Shown here piece by piece: positions 49,781-61,009 of a DNA stretch of 64,000 bases; the first letter of the stretch is position 1; each line of letters opens with the position of its first letter. The position numbers and the translations under genes were made by a program. Origin of the DNA: Pseudomonadales bacterium. GTDB lineage: Bacteria; Pseudomonadota; Gammaproteobacteria; Pseudomonadales; Azotimanducaceae. The notes beneath the pieces were generated by a model. The model did no database searches, had not been told where the DNA came from, and saw nothing but the letters and a program-made list of their open reading frames with translations. The stretch lies in NCBI GenBank assembly GCA_963667455.2, contig CAXXFR010000019.1:97181-161180 (forward strand). Direction: 5' to 3'.

Positions 49781-50407
49781 ATGTTGGCAACGCTAGATCA
49801 GTTTGAACGAATCCCGCGCGTCCTGCGGCTGAACATCGCAGGTCAGCCGATAGGGTGGATTACGTGGCAATCTGCCGTCTGTCTCTACACTCGTGAATTG
49901 GTGCGCTGGACCATGGGCGAGTCGGTGTTGCGTATCCGAGGCGGTTATTCCAGAATCGACGGAACTCGAACTGTCGTTGACGTCAACAGCATCATTGCAT
50001 GCGATGGCGAGGTTTTTGAGGGAGTCAAGACTGTCCCTCCGCTGACCAACCGAGCACTGTTTGCCCGCGACCAGCACATGTGCATGTACTGTGGCTTCAA
50101 GCAGCCAGACTCCAATCTGACTCGCGACCATGTAGTACCCAAGTCGCTTGGCGGCCGCGATGTCTGGGACAACGTAGTAGCTGCTTGCAAGCGATGCAAT
50201 CATCGCAAGGGAAATCGACTGCTGGAAGAGTGCGAATGGGAGTTGTTGGCTCTACCCTATGTGCCGAATCTACCCGAATACCTCGCATTGACCAACTCGG
50301 GAAGGATTTTGGGAGATCAAATGTCCTTCCTCGAGTCTCAGTTCAGTTCCGGCCATCGCAAACGCAGCTCGGTGGAAACACGTTCGGTAGTAACCACTAG
50401 CGTCTAA
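49781..50407 (+). CDS. HNH endonuclease family protein
   Basis: Motif: CMYCG...TRDHVVPKSLGGRDVWDNVVAACKRCNHRKGN. Its 3' end overlaps the convergent peptidase gene by 11 nt. Confidence 0.8.
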   Translation: MLATLDQFERIPRVLRLNIAGQPIGWITWQSAVCLYTRELVRWTMGESVLRIRGGYSRIDGTRTVVDVNSIIACDGEVFEGVKTVPPLTNRALFARDQHMCMYCGFKQPDSNLTRDHVVPKSLGGRDVWDNVVAACKRCNHRKGNRLLEECEWELLALPYVPNLPEYLALTNSGRILGDQMSFLESQFSSGHRKRSSVETRSVVTTSV

Positions 50408-51809
50408 TGGCGAGCACGTTCAGCACGTAGGCCACGCAGCAGCTGACTCGTTCGGCCGTTCGTAAATCGAGAAACTCGTTGGGTCCGTGTGCGTTGGAAT
50501 GCGGACCCAGCACTCCCGTGACCATGAACTCGCATTGCGGATACTGATCGCCGAGCATCTTCATGAAGGGAATGGTTCCTCCCGTTCCCATTCGCCGATA
50601 CGGTTTGTCGAAGAAACTCTCGGAAGCTGCGTTGAGAGCTTTATCCAGCCAGGCTTCAACGGGTTTTGAGTACCAACCGGATTCGGCAGCATCGCACTCG
50701 AATCGGACCGCTGCGTTGTCCGGCGGGTCGCGCTCCAGTTCGGACTGAACGAAGTCAGCGCACTTTCTCGCATCGGCATTGGGTGGCAATCGGAAAACCA
50801 TCTTTGCAGACGTGAAGGGACGCAAAGTGTTGCCGGCCAGATCGGGCTCAGGTGCACCGCCCAAACCAACTGTACCAAGGCAGGGTCGCCATGCATTCGC
50901 AATCAACAGATCCTTGAGGTCTTCTGTGCTCGCTTGATTGGGATTGGCCCACGGATAGCGGTCAACAACGGTTGTGCCGAGTGTCTCGGCGACTTCGGCG
51001 CATTGCTCCACCGCCCACGACGGGATTTCAGTGTTCAGACTCTCACTTAATCTGCCGGAGTCTTTGTCTTCGATTCTCTCGTAGAGCGAACGCAGGACTC
51101 TAAAGCTCGAAGGGACGATGCCGCCCGCCGCACCGGAATGCACACCCTCCTTGAGAACTTCGACGGTCAGTGTCCCACTGAGCATTCCTCGAAGCGATGT
51201 CGTTAGCCACAACTGGTCGTAGTTGCCGCATTCGGCATCCAAACAGACAACCAGATCCGGTGTACCGATTTCTTCCGAGAGCAGTTCGATGTAGTAGGGC
51301 AGGTCGAAACTGCCGCTTTCCTCGCATCCTTCGATGACTATCGTGCATCGGGGAGTGGCGAGATTTTGCTGCTGCAATGCAGAAAGTGCCGACAGGCAGG
51401 AGAAGAGGGCGTAGCCGTCGTCTCCGCCTCCTCGTCCATAGAGGCGCCCATTCTCGAGAACAGGGATCCATGGTCCTTTTCCCTCATGCCAGCCTGTAAA
51501 TTCCGGTTGCTTGTCGTAGTGCCCGTACAACAGTACGTTTCCAGACCCATTGTTTCGAGCTGCCACTTCAAGAAACAAGAGCGGTGTTCGACCGGGGAGT
51601 TCAACTGTGCGCAAAGAGAGCCCTTCGATGTTGAATGCATCGACGGAGTCGGCAAACAGTGACGCGGCCTCTCTCATATACCCGTTCGCATCCCACTCGG
51701 GATCGAACACCGGCGAAAGATTTGGAATGCGGATGTACTGCTTCAGCACATCAAGAATCTGTCCCTTCCAGCGACTTTCAATGGACTGTCTGATGTTGGC
51801 TACGTTCAT
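50397..51809 (-). CDS. M20-family metallopeptidase (dipeptidase/deacylase type)
   Basis: Motifs: LLYGHYDKQP, GRGGGDDGY, EGCEESGS. Confidence 0.8.
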   Translation of the reverse strand: MNVANIRQSIESRWKGQILDVLKQYIRIPNLSPVFDPEWDANGYMREAASLFADSVDAFNIEGLSLRTVELPGRTPLLFLEVAARNNGSGNVLLYGHYDKQPEFTGWHEGKGPWIPVLENGRLYGRGGGDDGYALFSCLSALSALQQQNLATPRCTIVIEGCEESGSFDLPYYIELLSEEIGTPDLVVCLDAECGNYDQLWLTTSLRGMLSGTLTVEVLKEGVHSGAAGGIVPSSFRVLRSLYERIEDKDSGRLSESLNTEIPSWAVEQCAEVAETLGTTVVDRYPWANPNQASTEDLKDLLIANAWRPCLGTVGLGGAPEPDLAGNTLRPFTSAKMVFRLPPNADARKCADFVQSELERDPPDNAAVRFECDAAESGWYSKPVEAWLDKALNAASESFFDKPYRRMGTGGTIPFMKMLGDQYPQCEFMVTGVLGPHSNAHGPNEFLDLRTAERVSCCVAYVLNVLAIRR

Positions 51810-51886
51810 GTTCTTGCCCTAATGTGCCTCATCCGGATTGGCCGAAACGGTCTCGGAGAACCGACGCTTATAGGTCAGTCGATCTT

Positions 51887-53296
51887 TCAGCGACGGATTG
51901 TGGACCAACGCGTTCCATTGCGCGTATCCTCGATTTCAATGCCGCGTTCAGCAAGTTCTTCGCGGATCGCATCCGCTCGTTCAAAGTCTTTGCTGGATCG
52001 CGCTTCATTGCGTTCTTCAATGAGTTGCTCAACTGACTCTGGATCGAGTTCTTGCGGCATCTCGAAGTATTGGGTGGGAGACTGGTTCAACAACCCCAGC
52101 AACCATCCGCCTCCCAGTAGTTGCTGACGTAGTTCCTTCAGCTCTCCCACATCCCGAGTCTTGAGGATTTCACTAGCGATTCCATGCATCGCGGCGATTG
52201 CGTTCGGGGTATGAAGATCGTCTGCGAGTGCATTGACTACCGACTCCGGAAAGTCCTCGATTGGCATCGGCAGTATTTCTGCACTGTTCTTTTCTTCGAG
52301 GTCGGTGCATTCCGAAACGTGGCGCAAGGATCGGTACAGGGTATCGACGCTTCGCCTAGACTGCTCAAGGAGTCGTTCGTCCCAGACTAAGCTTTGGCGA
52401 TAGTGTCCGCTCAGCATCGCATAGCGAATCGTTTCAGACGCATGGTTGTCCCGCAAGTTACGGATGGTCAGCACGTTGCCGAGGCTCTTCGACATTTTTC
52501 GACCGCCGAAATTGAGCATTCCGTTGTGCATCCAATAGTTGACGTATTCTGCTCCGTCTTCGATGCAGCAACCTTGAGCCAGTTCGTTTTCGTTGTGAGG
52601 GAAGATCAAGTCGCTTCCCGCGCCATGAATGTCGATGGGCGCACCCAAATGCTCGTGAATCATTGCGGTGCATTCGATATGCCAACCAGGTCTTCCTCGA
52701 CCCCACGGACTGTCCCATCCGGGCATCGTGGAGTCGGATGGCTTCCACAGTACGAAATCTTTGGGGTCGTTCTTGTAGGGAGCGACCTCAACTCGCGCAC
52801 CGTCCAGCATGTCTTGCATGGATCGATTGGATAGCTCTCCATACTGGTCGTAAGCTCGGACATCGAACAGCACGTGCCCCTCGGCCTCGTAGGCGTAATT
52901 ACGTTCGAGCAGACGTTGGATCATCGAGATGATTTTGTCGAGAAGAAGGGTGGGTCTGGGCTCAACATCAGGATCCAAGACATGGAGAGCTTCAATGTCT
53001 TCATGAAACGCATCAATGAAGCGTTTCGTTAGTTCGAAATACGGTTCGTTGTTGGCTCTTGACGCATCGATGATCTTGTCGTCGATGTCGGTAATGTTTC
53101 GAACATAGGTGACCTTGGGGTAAACAAGCCGCAAAAGTCTGACAAATACATCGAAAACCACAGCGGACAATCCATTGCCGATGTGGACTCTGTCGTACAC
53201 GGTAGGACCACATACGTAGACCGTTACATGGTCTGGGTCGATTGGCTCAAAGAGCCGTTTACTCCTTTGCTTGGTGTCGTAGATGTAGATGTTCAT
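51887..53296 (-). CDS. cysS: Cysteine--tRNA ligase
   Basis: Motifs: YVCGPTVYDRVHIGN and KMSKSLGN. Confidence 0.95.
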   Translation of the reverse strand: MNIYIYDTKQRSKRLFEPIDPDHVTVYVCGPTVYDRVHIGNGLSAVVFDVFVRLLRLVYPKVTYVRNITDIDDKIIDASRANNEPYFELTKRFIDAFHEDIEALHVLDPDVEPRPTLLLDKIISMIQRLLERNYAYEAEGHVLFDVRAYDQYGELSNRSMQDMLDGARVEVAPYKNDPKDFVLWKPSDSTMPGWDSPWGRGRPGWHIECTAMIHEHLGAPIDIHGAGSDLIFPHNENELAQGCCIEDGAEYVNYWMHNGMLNFGGRKMSKSLGNVLTIRNLRDNHASETIRYAMLSGHYRQSLVWDERLLEQSRRSVDTLYRSLRHVSECTDLEEKNSAEILPMPIEDFPESVVNALADDLHTPNAIAAMHGIASEILKTRDVGELKELRQQLLGGGWLLGLLNQSPTQYFEMPQELDPESVEQLIEERNEARSSKDFERADAIREELAERGIEIEDTRNGTRWSTIRR

Positions 53297-53374
53297 CGTC
53301 GTTCAAATGGCGAAGTTCAAAGTGCAAGTCGAAAGACCTGCACTTCAGAGCAATTTTTCGCGGATTGGTTCCGA

Positions 53375-54748
53375 CTAGGAGCTTGAGCCGTAACGCTCCT
53401 GCAGGTATTGGAACACTGCGCGCAGCGCCATGGCTTCGCCTCCAGACGGGTGGGCGGGACGAGCTTTGGTATTGCTTCCCATGAGATCGAAGTGCGCCCA
53501 GGGAATCTTGTTGACGAAGTGCTCGAGGAAGAGGGCGGCCGTGATTGCTCCACCCTGAGTTTCGGTTCCGATGTTGGACAAGTCGGCGAGGGACTTCTTC
53601 AGCGAACTCCGATAGCCGTCGTACAGAGGAAGTCGCCAAATTGGATCCAAGACCTGATTTCCCGCTTCTAGTAACCCGTCCGCGACATCGTCGTCATTGC
53701 AGAACATAGCGGAAATTTCCGAGCCGACAGCGACTCGCGCAGCTCCTGTCAGAGTTGAGAAATCAATCATCAGCTCCGGTTTCGATTCAGCGGCGAGTGC
53801 CAAAGCATCACAGAGAATCAATCGTCCTTCGGCATCGGTATTGCCCACTTCGACTGTGGTTCCCTTGTAGGTAGTGACCACATCACCTGGATGGTAGGCG
53901 TTGCTCGACACGGCGTTTTCCACCGCCGGGATGAGCACTCTCAGATGAACGTTCAGCTTGCGATACATGATGAGTTGCGCCAAACCCAAAGTAATGGCTG
54001 CACCCGCCATGTCCTTTTTCATTTCGCGCATTCCGGCTGCCGACTTGAGATCCAAGCCTCCGGAATCGAAGCACACACCCTTGCCGAGAATCGCGATGCT
54101 CGGTGCAGACTCGTCGCCCCATGAGAAGTCAAGAAGTCGAGGCTCTGAAACACTGGCTCTACCTACCGCGTGAATCGTTCGAAATCCGCCTTTGAGCAGG
54201 TCATCGCCACAGGTGGTTTTCAGTTCGACATCGAATCGCTCGCAAACAGTTCGCACTGCTGATTCAAGCTGATCGGGTAGCAGATCTCCCGCTGAAGTGT
54301 TGATGAGGTCTCGAGCGAGATTCATCGAACTCAGTTCATGGTCAATGGATTCGTGGGACGGATCGATGAATAGCCGTGCTTTTTCCTCTTTGTCGGGATC
54401 CTTCTTCTTGTACTTTGAGAATTCGTAGGCACCCATTCCCCAGCCGAGTCCCAACGCATAGACCTCTTCAGGCACACCATGGTCGAGCACGTAGTCACCG
54501 GCCGGCAGTCGCTTCGCTAGCGATCCGATGCTTTCCACTGTTACAGTCTTGCCGACTCCGGCGATGATTCTGCGCGGGAAACCGTTTTCATCAGGCACGG
54601 TAAGGAACTGATTGGCGGTTCCTTTGAACTTCGATCGTTTCAACCAAGCGAGGACGATGTCACTCTGCTTCTCACGCCACTCGTCGAATCCCTTGGATGA
54701 GACAAGTTCGATCGGTGTGGCGTCGCTGGATTCTGCGAAAACTAGCAT
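53375..54748 (-). CDS. M17 leucyl aminopeptidase family protein
   Basis: Motifs: GKGVCFDSGGLDLK, MKKDMAGAA, NTDAEGRLILCDAL. Confidence 0.85.
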   Translation of the reverse strand: MLVFAESSDATPIELVSSKGFDEWREKQSDIVLAWLKRSKFKGTANQFLTVPDENGFPRRIIAGVGKTVTVESIGSLAKRLPAGDYVLDHGVPEEVYALGLGWGMGAYEFSKYKKKDPDKEEKARLFIDPSHESIDHELSSMNLARDLINTSAGDLLPDQLESAVRTVCERFDVELKTTCGDDLLKGGFRTIHAVGRASVSEPRLLDFSWGDESAPSIAILGKGVCFDSGGLDLKSAAGMREMKKDMAGAAITLGLAQLIMYRKLNVHLRVLIPAVENAVSSNAYHPGDVVTTYKGTTVEVGNTDAEGRLILCDALALAAESKPELMIDFSTLTGAARVAVGSEISAMFCNDDDVADGLLEAGNQVLDPIWRLPLYDGYRSSLKKSLADLSNIGTETQGGAITAALFLEHFVNKIPWAHFDLMGSNTKARPAHPSGGEAMALRAVFQYLQERYGSSS

Positions 54749-54834
54749 GGAGATTCCTTTGTCTGAATGGCGACAGGTTGCGAATACTACTTTAACAACG
54801 GCAAATCGTGTATGGGATCGATTGGACGCAGTGT

Positions 54835-55812
54835 CTAGTGATTCAGTTTGCTTACCAGTTGATCCGCTCGGTAGCTTGAGCGAACCAGGGGACCCGAAGC
54901 AACGTCGATGAACCCGAGATTCATGGCAATTTCCCGATAGCGTTCAAACTCATTGGGGTGAACCCAACGTTCGACAGGCAAGTGGTTCTTCGTGGGACGC
55001 AAGTACTGGCCTAGAGTGAGAAAGTCGACTTTATTGTTTCGCAAGTCTTCAAACGCTTCGACCAGTTCATCTTCAGTCTCACCGAGTCCGAGCATGAGGC
55101 TTGACTTTGTCGCAACTCCCGAGTTCTTGGCATAGTGGAGCACTGCCAATGTCTGGTCGTAGCCGGCGCGCGAATCCCGTACGCGAGACGTGAGGCGTCG
55201 AACCGTCTCAATGTTCTGAGCGAATACTGCTAGGGGTGTGTTCACGACAATATCGACTGAATTGAAGTTCCCTTGAAAATCTGGAGTCAACGCCTCGATG
55301 GTTGTGGATGGACTGGCATCATGGATAGCTTCAATGCAGGCTGCATAATGAGTAGCGCCGCCATCCGGCAAGTCGTCCCGGTCGACGGAAGTCAGAACCA
55401 CGTACTTGAGGTTCATGAGACTGACGGCCTTCGCACTGTTGGCGGGCTCGTTAGCGTCAAGCCACTGGTGTGGATTACCGGTGTCGACGGCGCAAAAGTT
55501 GCACGCACGAGTGCAAACCGATCCCATCAGCATCAGGGTCGCCGTACCGTTGCTCCAACACTCGCCGATGTTGGGGCAGTGCGACTCAGCGCAGACCGTA
55601 TGGAGGGAGTTCTCCTCGACCAGAGATCGAATCTGTTGGTACTTCGCGCCCTGTGGAAGGTGAACTCGGAGCCAGGGAGGCTTTCTCGGTCTTGCATCGA
55701 TAACGACTGTCGGGAGTAGCTTATTGCGGACTCGGCCAGTTACGCCGTCGCGAATCGCGACAAAACCTTGAGGGGTTCGATACTTGGTTCCGCTGCGAAT
55801 CGAGTTTCTCAT
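54835..55812 (-). CDS. lipA: Lipoyl synthase
   Basis: Motifs: [13 protein letters not shown] and the radical-SAM [10 protein letters not shown]. Confidence 0.95.
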   Translation of the reverse strand: MRNSIRSGTKYRTPQGFVAIRDGVTGRVRNKLLPTVVIDARPRKPPWLRVHLPQGAKYQQIRSLVEENSLHTVCAESHCPNIGECWSNGTATLMLMGSVCTRACNFCAVDTGNPHQWLDANEPANSAKAVSLMNLKYVVLTSVDRDDLPDGGATHYAACIEAIHDASPSTTIEALTPDFQGNFNSVDIVVNTPLAVFAQNIETVRRLTSRVRDSRAGYDQTLAVLHYAKNSGVATKSSLMLGLGETEDELVEAFEDLRNNKVDFLTLGQYLRPTKNHLPVERWVHPNEFERYREIAMNLGFIDVASGPLVRSSYRADQLVSKLNH

Positions 55813-56006
55813 GGGTCGGTGCGGTGGGCCAAGTTCCGGTCAGTGCTGAAATGGGCTATTCGAATATTACCGTTAGGGGGTTGTTAGTCCAATTTGGAAC
55901 AATGCTCGCCTGAACGTCGTGGAGAGTGCGTACCTTGTGACCCACTTGACGACAGCAAAACAGTTCAACCCGTAGACAGAGGCAGACCTATGGAGAGAAG
56001 CAAATC

Positions 56007-56819
56007 GTGAAAGCACTTCAAGCAGTATGTGAAAAGATCGTCCAATCGAGCTGGTTCACCTATGGAATCACCGGGATTATCGTCGCCAACGCCATCGTCG
56101 TTGGCTTGGATACGTCCGACTACTTGGCAGGGAAATTCTCGGTCGTATTCGAGTGGGTCAATCTGATCGTACTGGTGATCTTTATCGTTGAGGCGATGAT
56201 CAAGATGGTTGCGTTCTATCCCCGATGCCATCACTACTTCAAAGACGGATGGAATGTATTCGACTTTGCAATCATCGTGTTTTGTCTCATCCCATCGACG
56301 GGAGAACTGGCAACGATCGCACGCTTGGCGCGAGTGCTCCGGGTGCTTCGAATCGTCTCAGTGCTCCCACAGCTTCGTGTGCTGGTGAATGCCCTCATTC
56401 ACTCAATGCCGGGGATGTTCAACATTGTCTTGCTTCTTTCGATTGTGTTCTATGTCTACGGAGTCGCCGGATACCACCTTTTCCACGAAGTTGACCCGAC
56501 TCACTGGAGCACGTTGGGGATTTCGCTGCTTTCCCTGTTTCGAATTGTGACCCTTGAGGATTGGACAGACATCATGTACAACGCTCTCGATCACTATTGG
56601 TGGGCGTGGGTGTATTTCCTGAGTTTCGTTGTGCTCGGTACCTTTGTGGTGATCAATCTGTTCATTGGAATCGTCATTACGAACGTTCAGGATGCCCGCG
56701 AGAAGTCGTTGGCAGAACTTCGCAAGGACATGCATTCGGACGAAGTCATCGCCGAATTGCAACGAACGAGAGACGCGTTAGAGCGTGTCCAGGAGCAACT
56801 GGAGAAGCAAAAGCCTTAA
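56007..56819 (+). CDS. Voltage-gated ion channel, single-domain BacNav/NaChBac type
   Basis: Features: S4 RLARVLRVLRIVSVLPQLR, pore FRIVTLEDWTDIMY (filter codons 56550-56570) and a C-terminal coiled coil. GTG start follows ggagagaag. Confidence 0.85.
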   Translation: MKALQAVCEKIVQSSWFTYGITGIIVANAIVVGLDTSDYLAGKFSVVFEWVNLIVLVIFIVEAMIKMVAFYPRCHHYFKDGWNVFDFAIIVFCLIPSTGELATIARLARVLRVLRIVSVLPQLRVLVNALIHSMPGMFNIVLLLSIVFYVYGVAGYHLFHEVDPTHWSTLGISLLSLFRIVTLEDWTDIMYNALDHYWWAWVYFLSFVVLGTFVVINLFIGIVITNVQDAREKSLAELRKDMHSDEVIAELQRTRDALERVQEQLEKQKP

Positions 56820-56843
56820 CGGTTGGTCTTCGAGTTTTCCAGT

Positions 56844-56871
56844 CCTTTCACATGCAGTCAGATGTGAGAGG
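56844..56871. terminator. Hairpin between convergent channel and asnS genes
   Basis: cctttcacat (56844-56853), 8-nt loop, atgtgagagg (56862-56871). This is 10 bp including one G:U pair. There is no clear U-tract. Confidence 0.35.
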
Positions 56872-56922
56872 CTGAAGTGGACTCGCTTCGATCAGCAATC
56901 AGCCTGACCCAAGAAGGAGCGA

Positions 56923-58296
56923 CTAGAAGGAGGCGTTGTTCGGAACTCGGGGGAACGGCGCGATGTCACGGATGTTGTCCATGCCGGACATGTAGAGAAC
57001 GAGCCTCTCATATCCCACACCGAATCCTGCGTGAGGCACTGACCCGTACTTTCGCAGCTCTCGATACCACCACAGTTCCTCACGCATTTCATCGTCCATG
57101 CGTGACTCGAGTACGTCTAGGCGTTCTTCTCGCTGGCTTCCGCCAATGATTTCGCCCACACCGGGAACAAGCACATCCATTGCCGCCACCGTTCGCTCGT
57201 CGTCGTTCAGTCGCATGTAAAACGCCTTGATATCCGATGGGTAGTTTGTGACGATTACGGGGGCATCCGCTATTTCAGTGAGATAGCGTTCGTGTTCGGA
57301 TTGCAGATCATTGCCCCACGCGACGGGATACTCGAATGTTCGATTTGACTTGAGCAGCTCTTCGACAGCGTCTGAGTAGTCCATGCGCTCAAACGGCTTC
57401 TCGATCACCCTTTGCAGGCGATCACGCACCGAAGCATCGATCCGTTGCACAAAGAAATCGATGTCGTCGGGGATCTTCTCTTGAACTGACGTAAACACCG
57501 CTTTGAGAAAGTCTTCAGCCAAGTCCGCGTTGGCTTGAAGATCTGCAAACGCAATCTCCGGTTCGATCATCCAAAACTCAGCAAGATGACGGCTGGTATT
57601 GGAGTTCTCCGCCCGAAACGTTGGTCCAAAGGTGTACACCTTGGATAGCGCCAGACAGAAAGCTTCGACATTGAGCTGGCCGGAGACAGAGAGAAAGGTT
57701 TCCTTGCCAAAGAACTCCGGCGAACCTTCAATGGCATCGCGGTTGGCCTCGTCGAGTGCGCTGACCCGAAACAAATCGCCAGCCCCTTCACAATCACTGG
57801 CAGTGATGATCGGAGTGCTAACCCAAACGAAGCCATTGGAATTGAAGTACTCGTGGACCGCCATCGATGTCGCATGGCGCAGTCGAGCAATTGCGCCGAA
57901 AGTACTCGTTCTGGGTCGTAGGTGGGCAACAGTGCGGAGGTATTCGAATGTATGCCGCTTCTTGGCGATGGGATACGTGTCTGCATCCGCCACCGTACCG
58001 ACAATTGATATTTCGCTTGCCTGCATTTCGCGGTCTTGCCCTCGACCGCTTGATTCGACAACTGTACCGGTTGCTTCAACCGCAGCTCCTGTGGTCAGAT
58101 TCGTGACCTCCCCATAGTTGGGTATGGCTTCATCCACAACCACTTGGAAGTGATCGAAGCTGGATCCGTCGTGAACGGAGAGGAACGAAAAGCCAGCTTT
58201 CGATGATCGGATAGACCGCAACCAGCCCCTGACCGTTGTCGAGTCTCCGATCTTGACTTCGTGCTGCAGAATCTTGCGTATTTCGGTTGTACTCAT
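56923..58296 (-). CDS. asnS: Asparagine--tRNA ligase
   Basis: Motifs: [26 protein letters not shown] and GGSQREER. I moved the start to ATG 58296 ([10 protein letters not shown]), which matches usual AsnRS N-termini. The ORF track starts at 58335. Confidence 0.9.
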   Translation of the reverse strand: MSTTEIRKILQHEVKIGDSTTVRGWLRSIRSSKAGFSFLSVHDGSSFDHFQVVVDEAIPNYGEVTNLTTGAAVEATGTVVESSGRGQDREMQASEISIVGTVADADTYPIAKKRHTFEYLRTVAHLRPRTSTFGAIARLRHATSMAVHEYFNSNGFVWVSTPIITASDCEGAGDLFRVSALDEANRDAIEGSPEFFGKETFLSVSGQLNVEAFCLALSKVYTFGPTFRAENSNTSRHLAEFWMIEPEIAFADLQANADLAEDFLKAVFTSVQEKIPDDIDFFVQRIDASVRDRLQRVIEKPFERMDYSDAVEELLKSNRTFEYPVAWGNDLQSEHERYLTEIADAPVIVTNYPSDIKAFYMRLNDDERTVAAMDVLVPGVGEIIGGSQREERLDVLESRMDDEMREELWWYRELRKYGSVPHAGFGVGYERLVLYMSGMDNIRDIAPFPRVPNNASF

Positions 58297-58669
58297 GATC
58301 TCGAGTCTAAATTGGAGTTTTTCCTGATCGAGCACGTACAGGCCGGCTCAATTCTAGACCAGAGCCGTCTGATGAATTGGTATGAGCAAATCTCTGAACG
58401 GTCTCGCTTGAGTTTCCGCGGAGGCGTTGGACACTCAAGAGCGAGGATCGATGATTCGTGGCGGTTCGCTTGAGACTTGCGGCAGCACCTCACAAGGGTT
58501 CAGAGCGTGAAAGCCGACCAAGCGCCACCAAGTAACCAACGACCAAATTGAAGACGGTGATTCATGAGCGTTTCCTCACTTCTGCAAGGGGCATCAATTG
58601 CCGTCCAAGTCATTCCGAGGCTAGTTACAATTCGACTAGCGCATCCCTAATGGAGACACACGGTAGCTC

Positions 58670-59131
58670 ATGAGTGAAGTCGAATACCCGGACTGTCTGC
58701 GAGAACTCTATGAGAGTGAGGTATTTGGCGAGACATTCGCTCGCGCCTTGATGAATGTCGCCAAGAACGACCGGGACCGCTACCACTTCGCTACTCTGCT
58801 CCAACTTGAGACTGAGACAAAGGCTCGACTTCGTCCAGTTCTATGGAAAAAGGGTCTATCGTTGGAACACAACGCGGATCTGAGCTTGTTGGAAGGCACA
58901 GTAGAAGCGTACAAGTCTGTGGACTTTGCCACGTTTGCCGCCCTGATCAAACCCTCGGTGGAGAATTTCGTCAGTCGGTTTGAAGCCATCGCCGCGGCTG
59001 TTCCGGAAGATGAGAAGCAATTGGCACAGTCAATGATCCGCCATGAAAAGTCAATCCTCACTTGGCTCGAGCAAGAAAGTACAGGTGGAAATGACCATTC
59101 TCTTGACTTGATGATCGCTGAGTTGGAGTAG
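58670..59131 (+). CDS. Hypothetical helical protein (153 aa)
   Basis: It is a clean ORF with an ATG start. No motif was recognised. Confidence 0.5.
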   Translation: MSEVEYPDCLRELYESEVFGETFARALMNVAKNDRDRYHFATLLQLETETKARLRPVLWKKGLSLEHNADLSLLEGTVEAYKSVDFATFAALIKPSVENFVSRFEAIAAAVPEDEKQLAQSMIRHEKSILTWLEQESTGGNDHSLDLMIAELE

Positions 59132-59607
59132 CCGTTGCTGCAGGTGTAGCGACGGCCTTCATTGGGTCCGAATAGAGAGCTTGACGCTCGACTAATCGAA
59201 TCTGTGGGTCAAATGCAAGTTCTTCGGGTTTCGCCCGTTTGCATGTAGTTGCCAGATATTCCCCGCTCTCTTGATCTACGAGGCGTATTCCTCCAGACTC
59301 GTATGCCGAATTCCCGGCTGACTGAAGGTGTATTCACCGCAAACAGCCTATTGATGCTTGAAGTTCTCGACTACTCTGGAATCCCTATCACGCGAGGACC
59401 GAAATCCGTCGAGTTGTACTATCCGTAGTCGGACATCTTCCGATCCTAGACCAGAAGCTCGATAACGCATCCCGAATTGGCCGCAACACGGGAATGAAGT
59501 AATGAAGACACTGAGTCACACTCGAATGCTAGACGAGGCTATTGACAAGATCGACAAGCGAGAACGTGGGCGGTTCGCTTAATCCTAGGTCGCATACATA
59601 GGTGGCT

Positions 59608-60740
59608 TCAGATTGGCTCTCCTCTGTCACGAGCAATCGCCAAGATGTAGTCCATGAGAGAAGGTATTCCTGGTTCGTAGAGGTGATCTTCTCCCTTTGC
59701 TGTCCAGATATATCCCAACGCCAGAAATGTGTCCGCTATGTCTTGGGCTCGTACGTCAGCATTTACTGCGTTGACGACTTTTCTGATGTCGTATGTGTCC
59801 ATGCACTGTGACTCTGAGGACTGCGAGCCGGCATAGGCCGCAGCTATAGCAGCTGCAAAGGGAACGAGCTCCTGAGAATCGAGTTCCTGAAATCGGTCTC
59901 AGTACATCACATTGACATCCTCGTCCCATCGAGGATGTGCGAGCACTATTGTTTCGGTGTCGATGACTCGATCGTTGGACTCAATTGCGACATTCCAAAT
60001 GGTGTCCCCGATGCTTTGAACGAAGTAGGGATAACACTGCCTCTGTTCGATCAAGCGGTTCTCCACCACTTCTTCGAGACGAACGTCGAGTCCGGTATTT
60101 GTCATTGGCTCAAACAGCGCACTCTTGGCTGATTGAATGTCCAAGCGCTCCATTCGCATTCGACGAGCACTGTTGAGATAGGAGACATCCATTTTTCTGA
60201 GGTGCGAGGGAAGAGTTGGGGTGCCAGCCAAGATAACGGCAAATTTTGTCTTCTTTCTTCGCGCCGCATCGGTAAGTGAGAGGATTGCGTCGAGCACCTC
60301 TCGTGAGTTTCGCTGTGCCTCGTCCGCCATGAGCAGAGTTGGCTTGTCGTACATTACTGCGACGCACCGTTCCCCGAGGTCTCCGGTGCCTGTAGCGGTC
60401 AGCAATGAAGTTTTGCGCTCTCTGCCATCTTGAGATGTCCCTGCCGTTTGCGAACGGTCGGTTTCGCGAAGGAACTTCCGATGTAAGCTCTTGGGGGTCG
60501 GGACCGACGGACTAAGCACATAGACTGGATAGACTCTGCTGTTCTTTTCAAGCTTCCTCTCGACGTGGTGGAGCAAGGTAGTCTTGCCGTTACTCGCGGG
60601 CCGTACAAAAGCGTCTCTCTAGGAACCGACTGTCCTGTGGGAAGCCCGTCGGTTAATTGGTCAATTTCGCGAAGTTCCTCGTCTCTTCCGGCGAAAACCG
60701 GAGGGAATCCCCCTATACCAGGTGTGTATGGATTTCTCAT
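59608..60740 (-). pseudogene. Decayed AAA ATPase of the ORC/Cdc6-like (archaeal-ATPase type) family
   Basis: The N-terminal frame reads NPYTPG..FAGRDEELREI...LLYGPR. Restoring one lost G at 60592-60594 (cga-gt-aac to cga-ggt-aac) gives Walker A GPRGNGKTTLLHHV. Walker B is LLMADEAQ. An in-frame TGA at 59899-59901 is followed by 96 more open codons in the same frame, down to 59608. Confidence 0.65.
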
Positions 60741-61009
60741 GTGTTAAGTGCATGTTCAAGTAGATTGAGGAGAACTAGCTAGGTTCTTGACCGGTTTGGT
60801 TGAATATCGTTTGTTGCAAGACGCGCAAAGTACCGTAGTCACGTACGAGTTGAATTCTTTATGGAGATCCCACTCCACCTGGGTAACCTAGAGCAGAGTC
60901 GAGGTGTGATCGTCAATGCACCAGGCTTAGACTCGAGTGGTTTGACAAGTCGATCTCCCGCCCAATTCGTTGTGAAATGACGAGTTTCATTGTGCATTGC
61001 GTCGAATCG

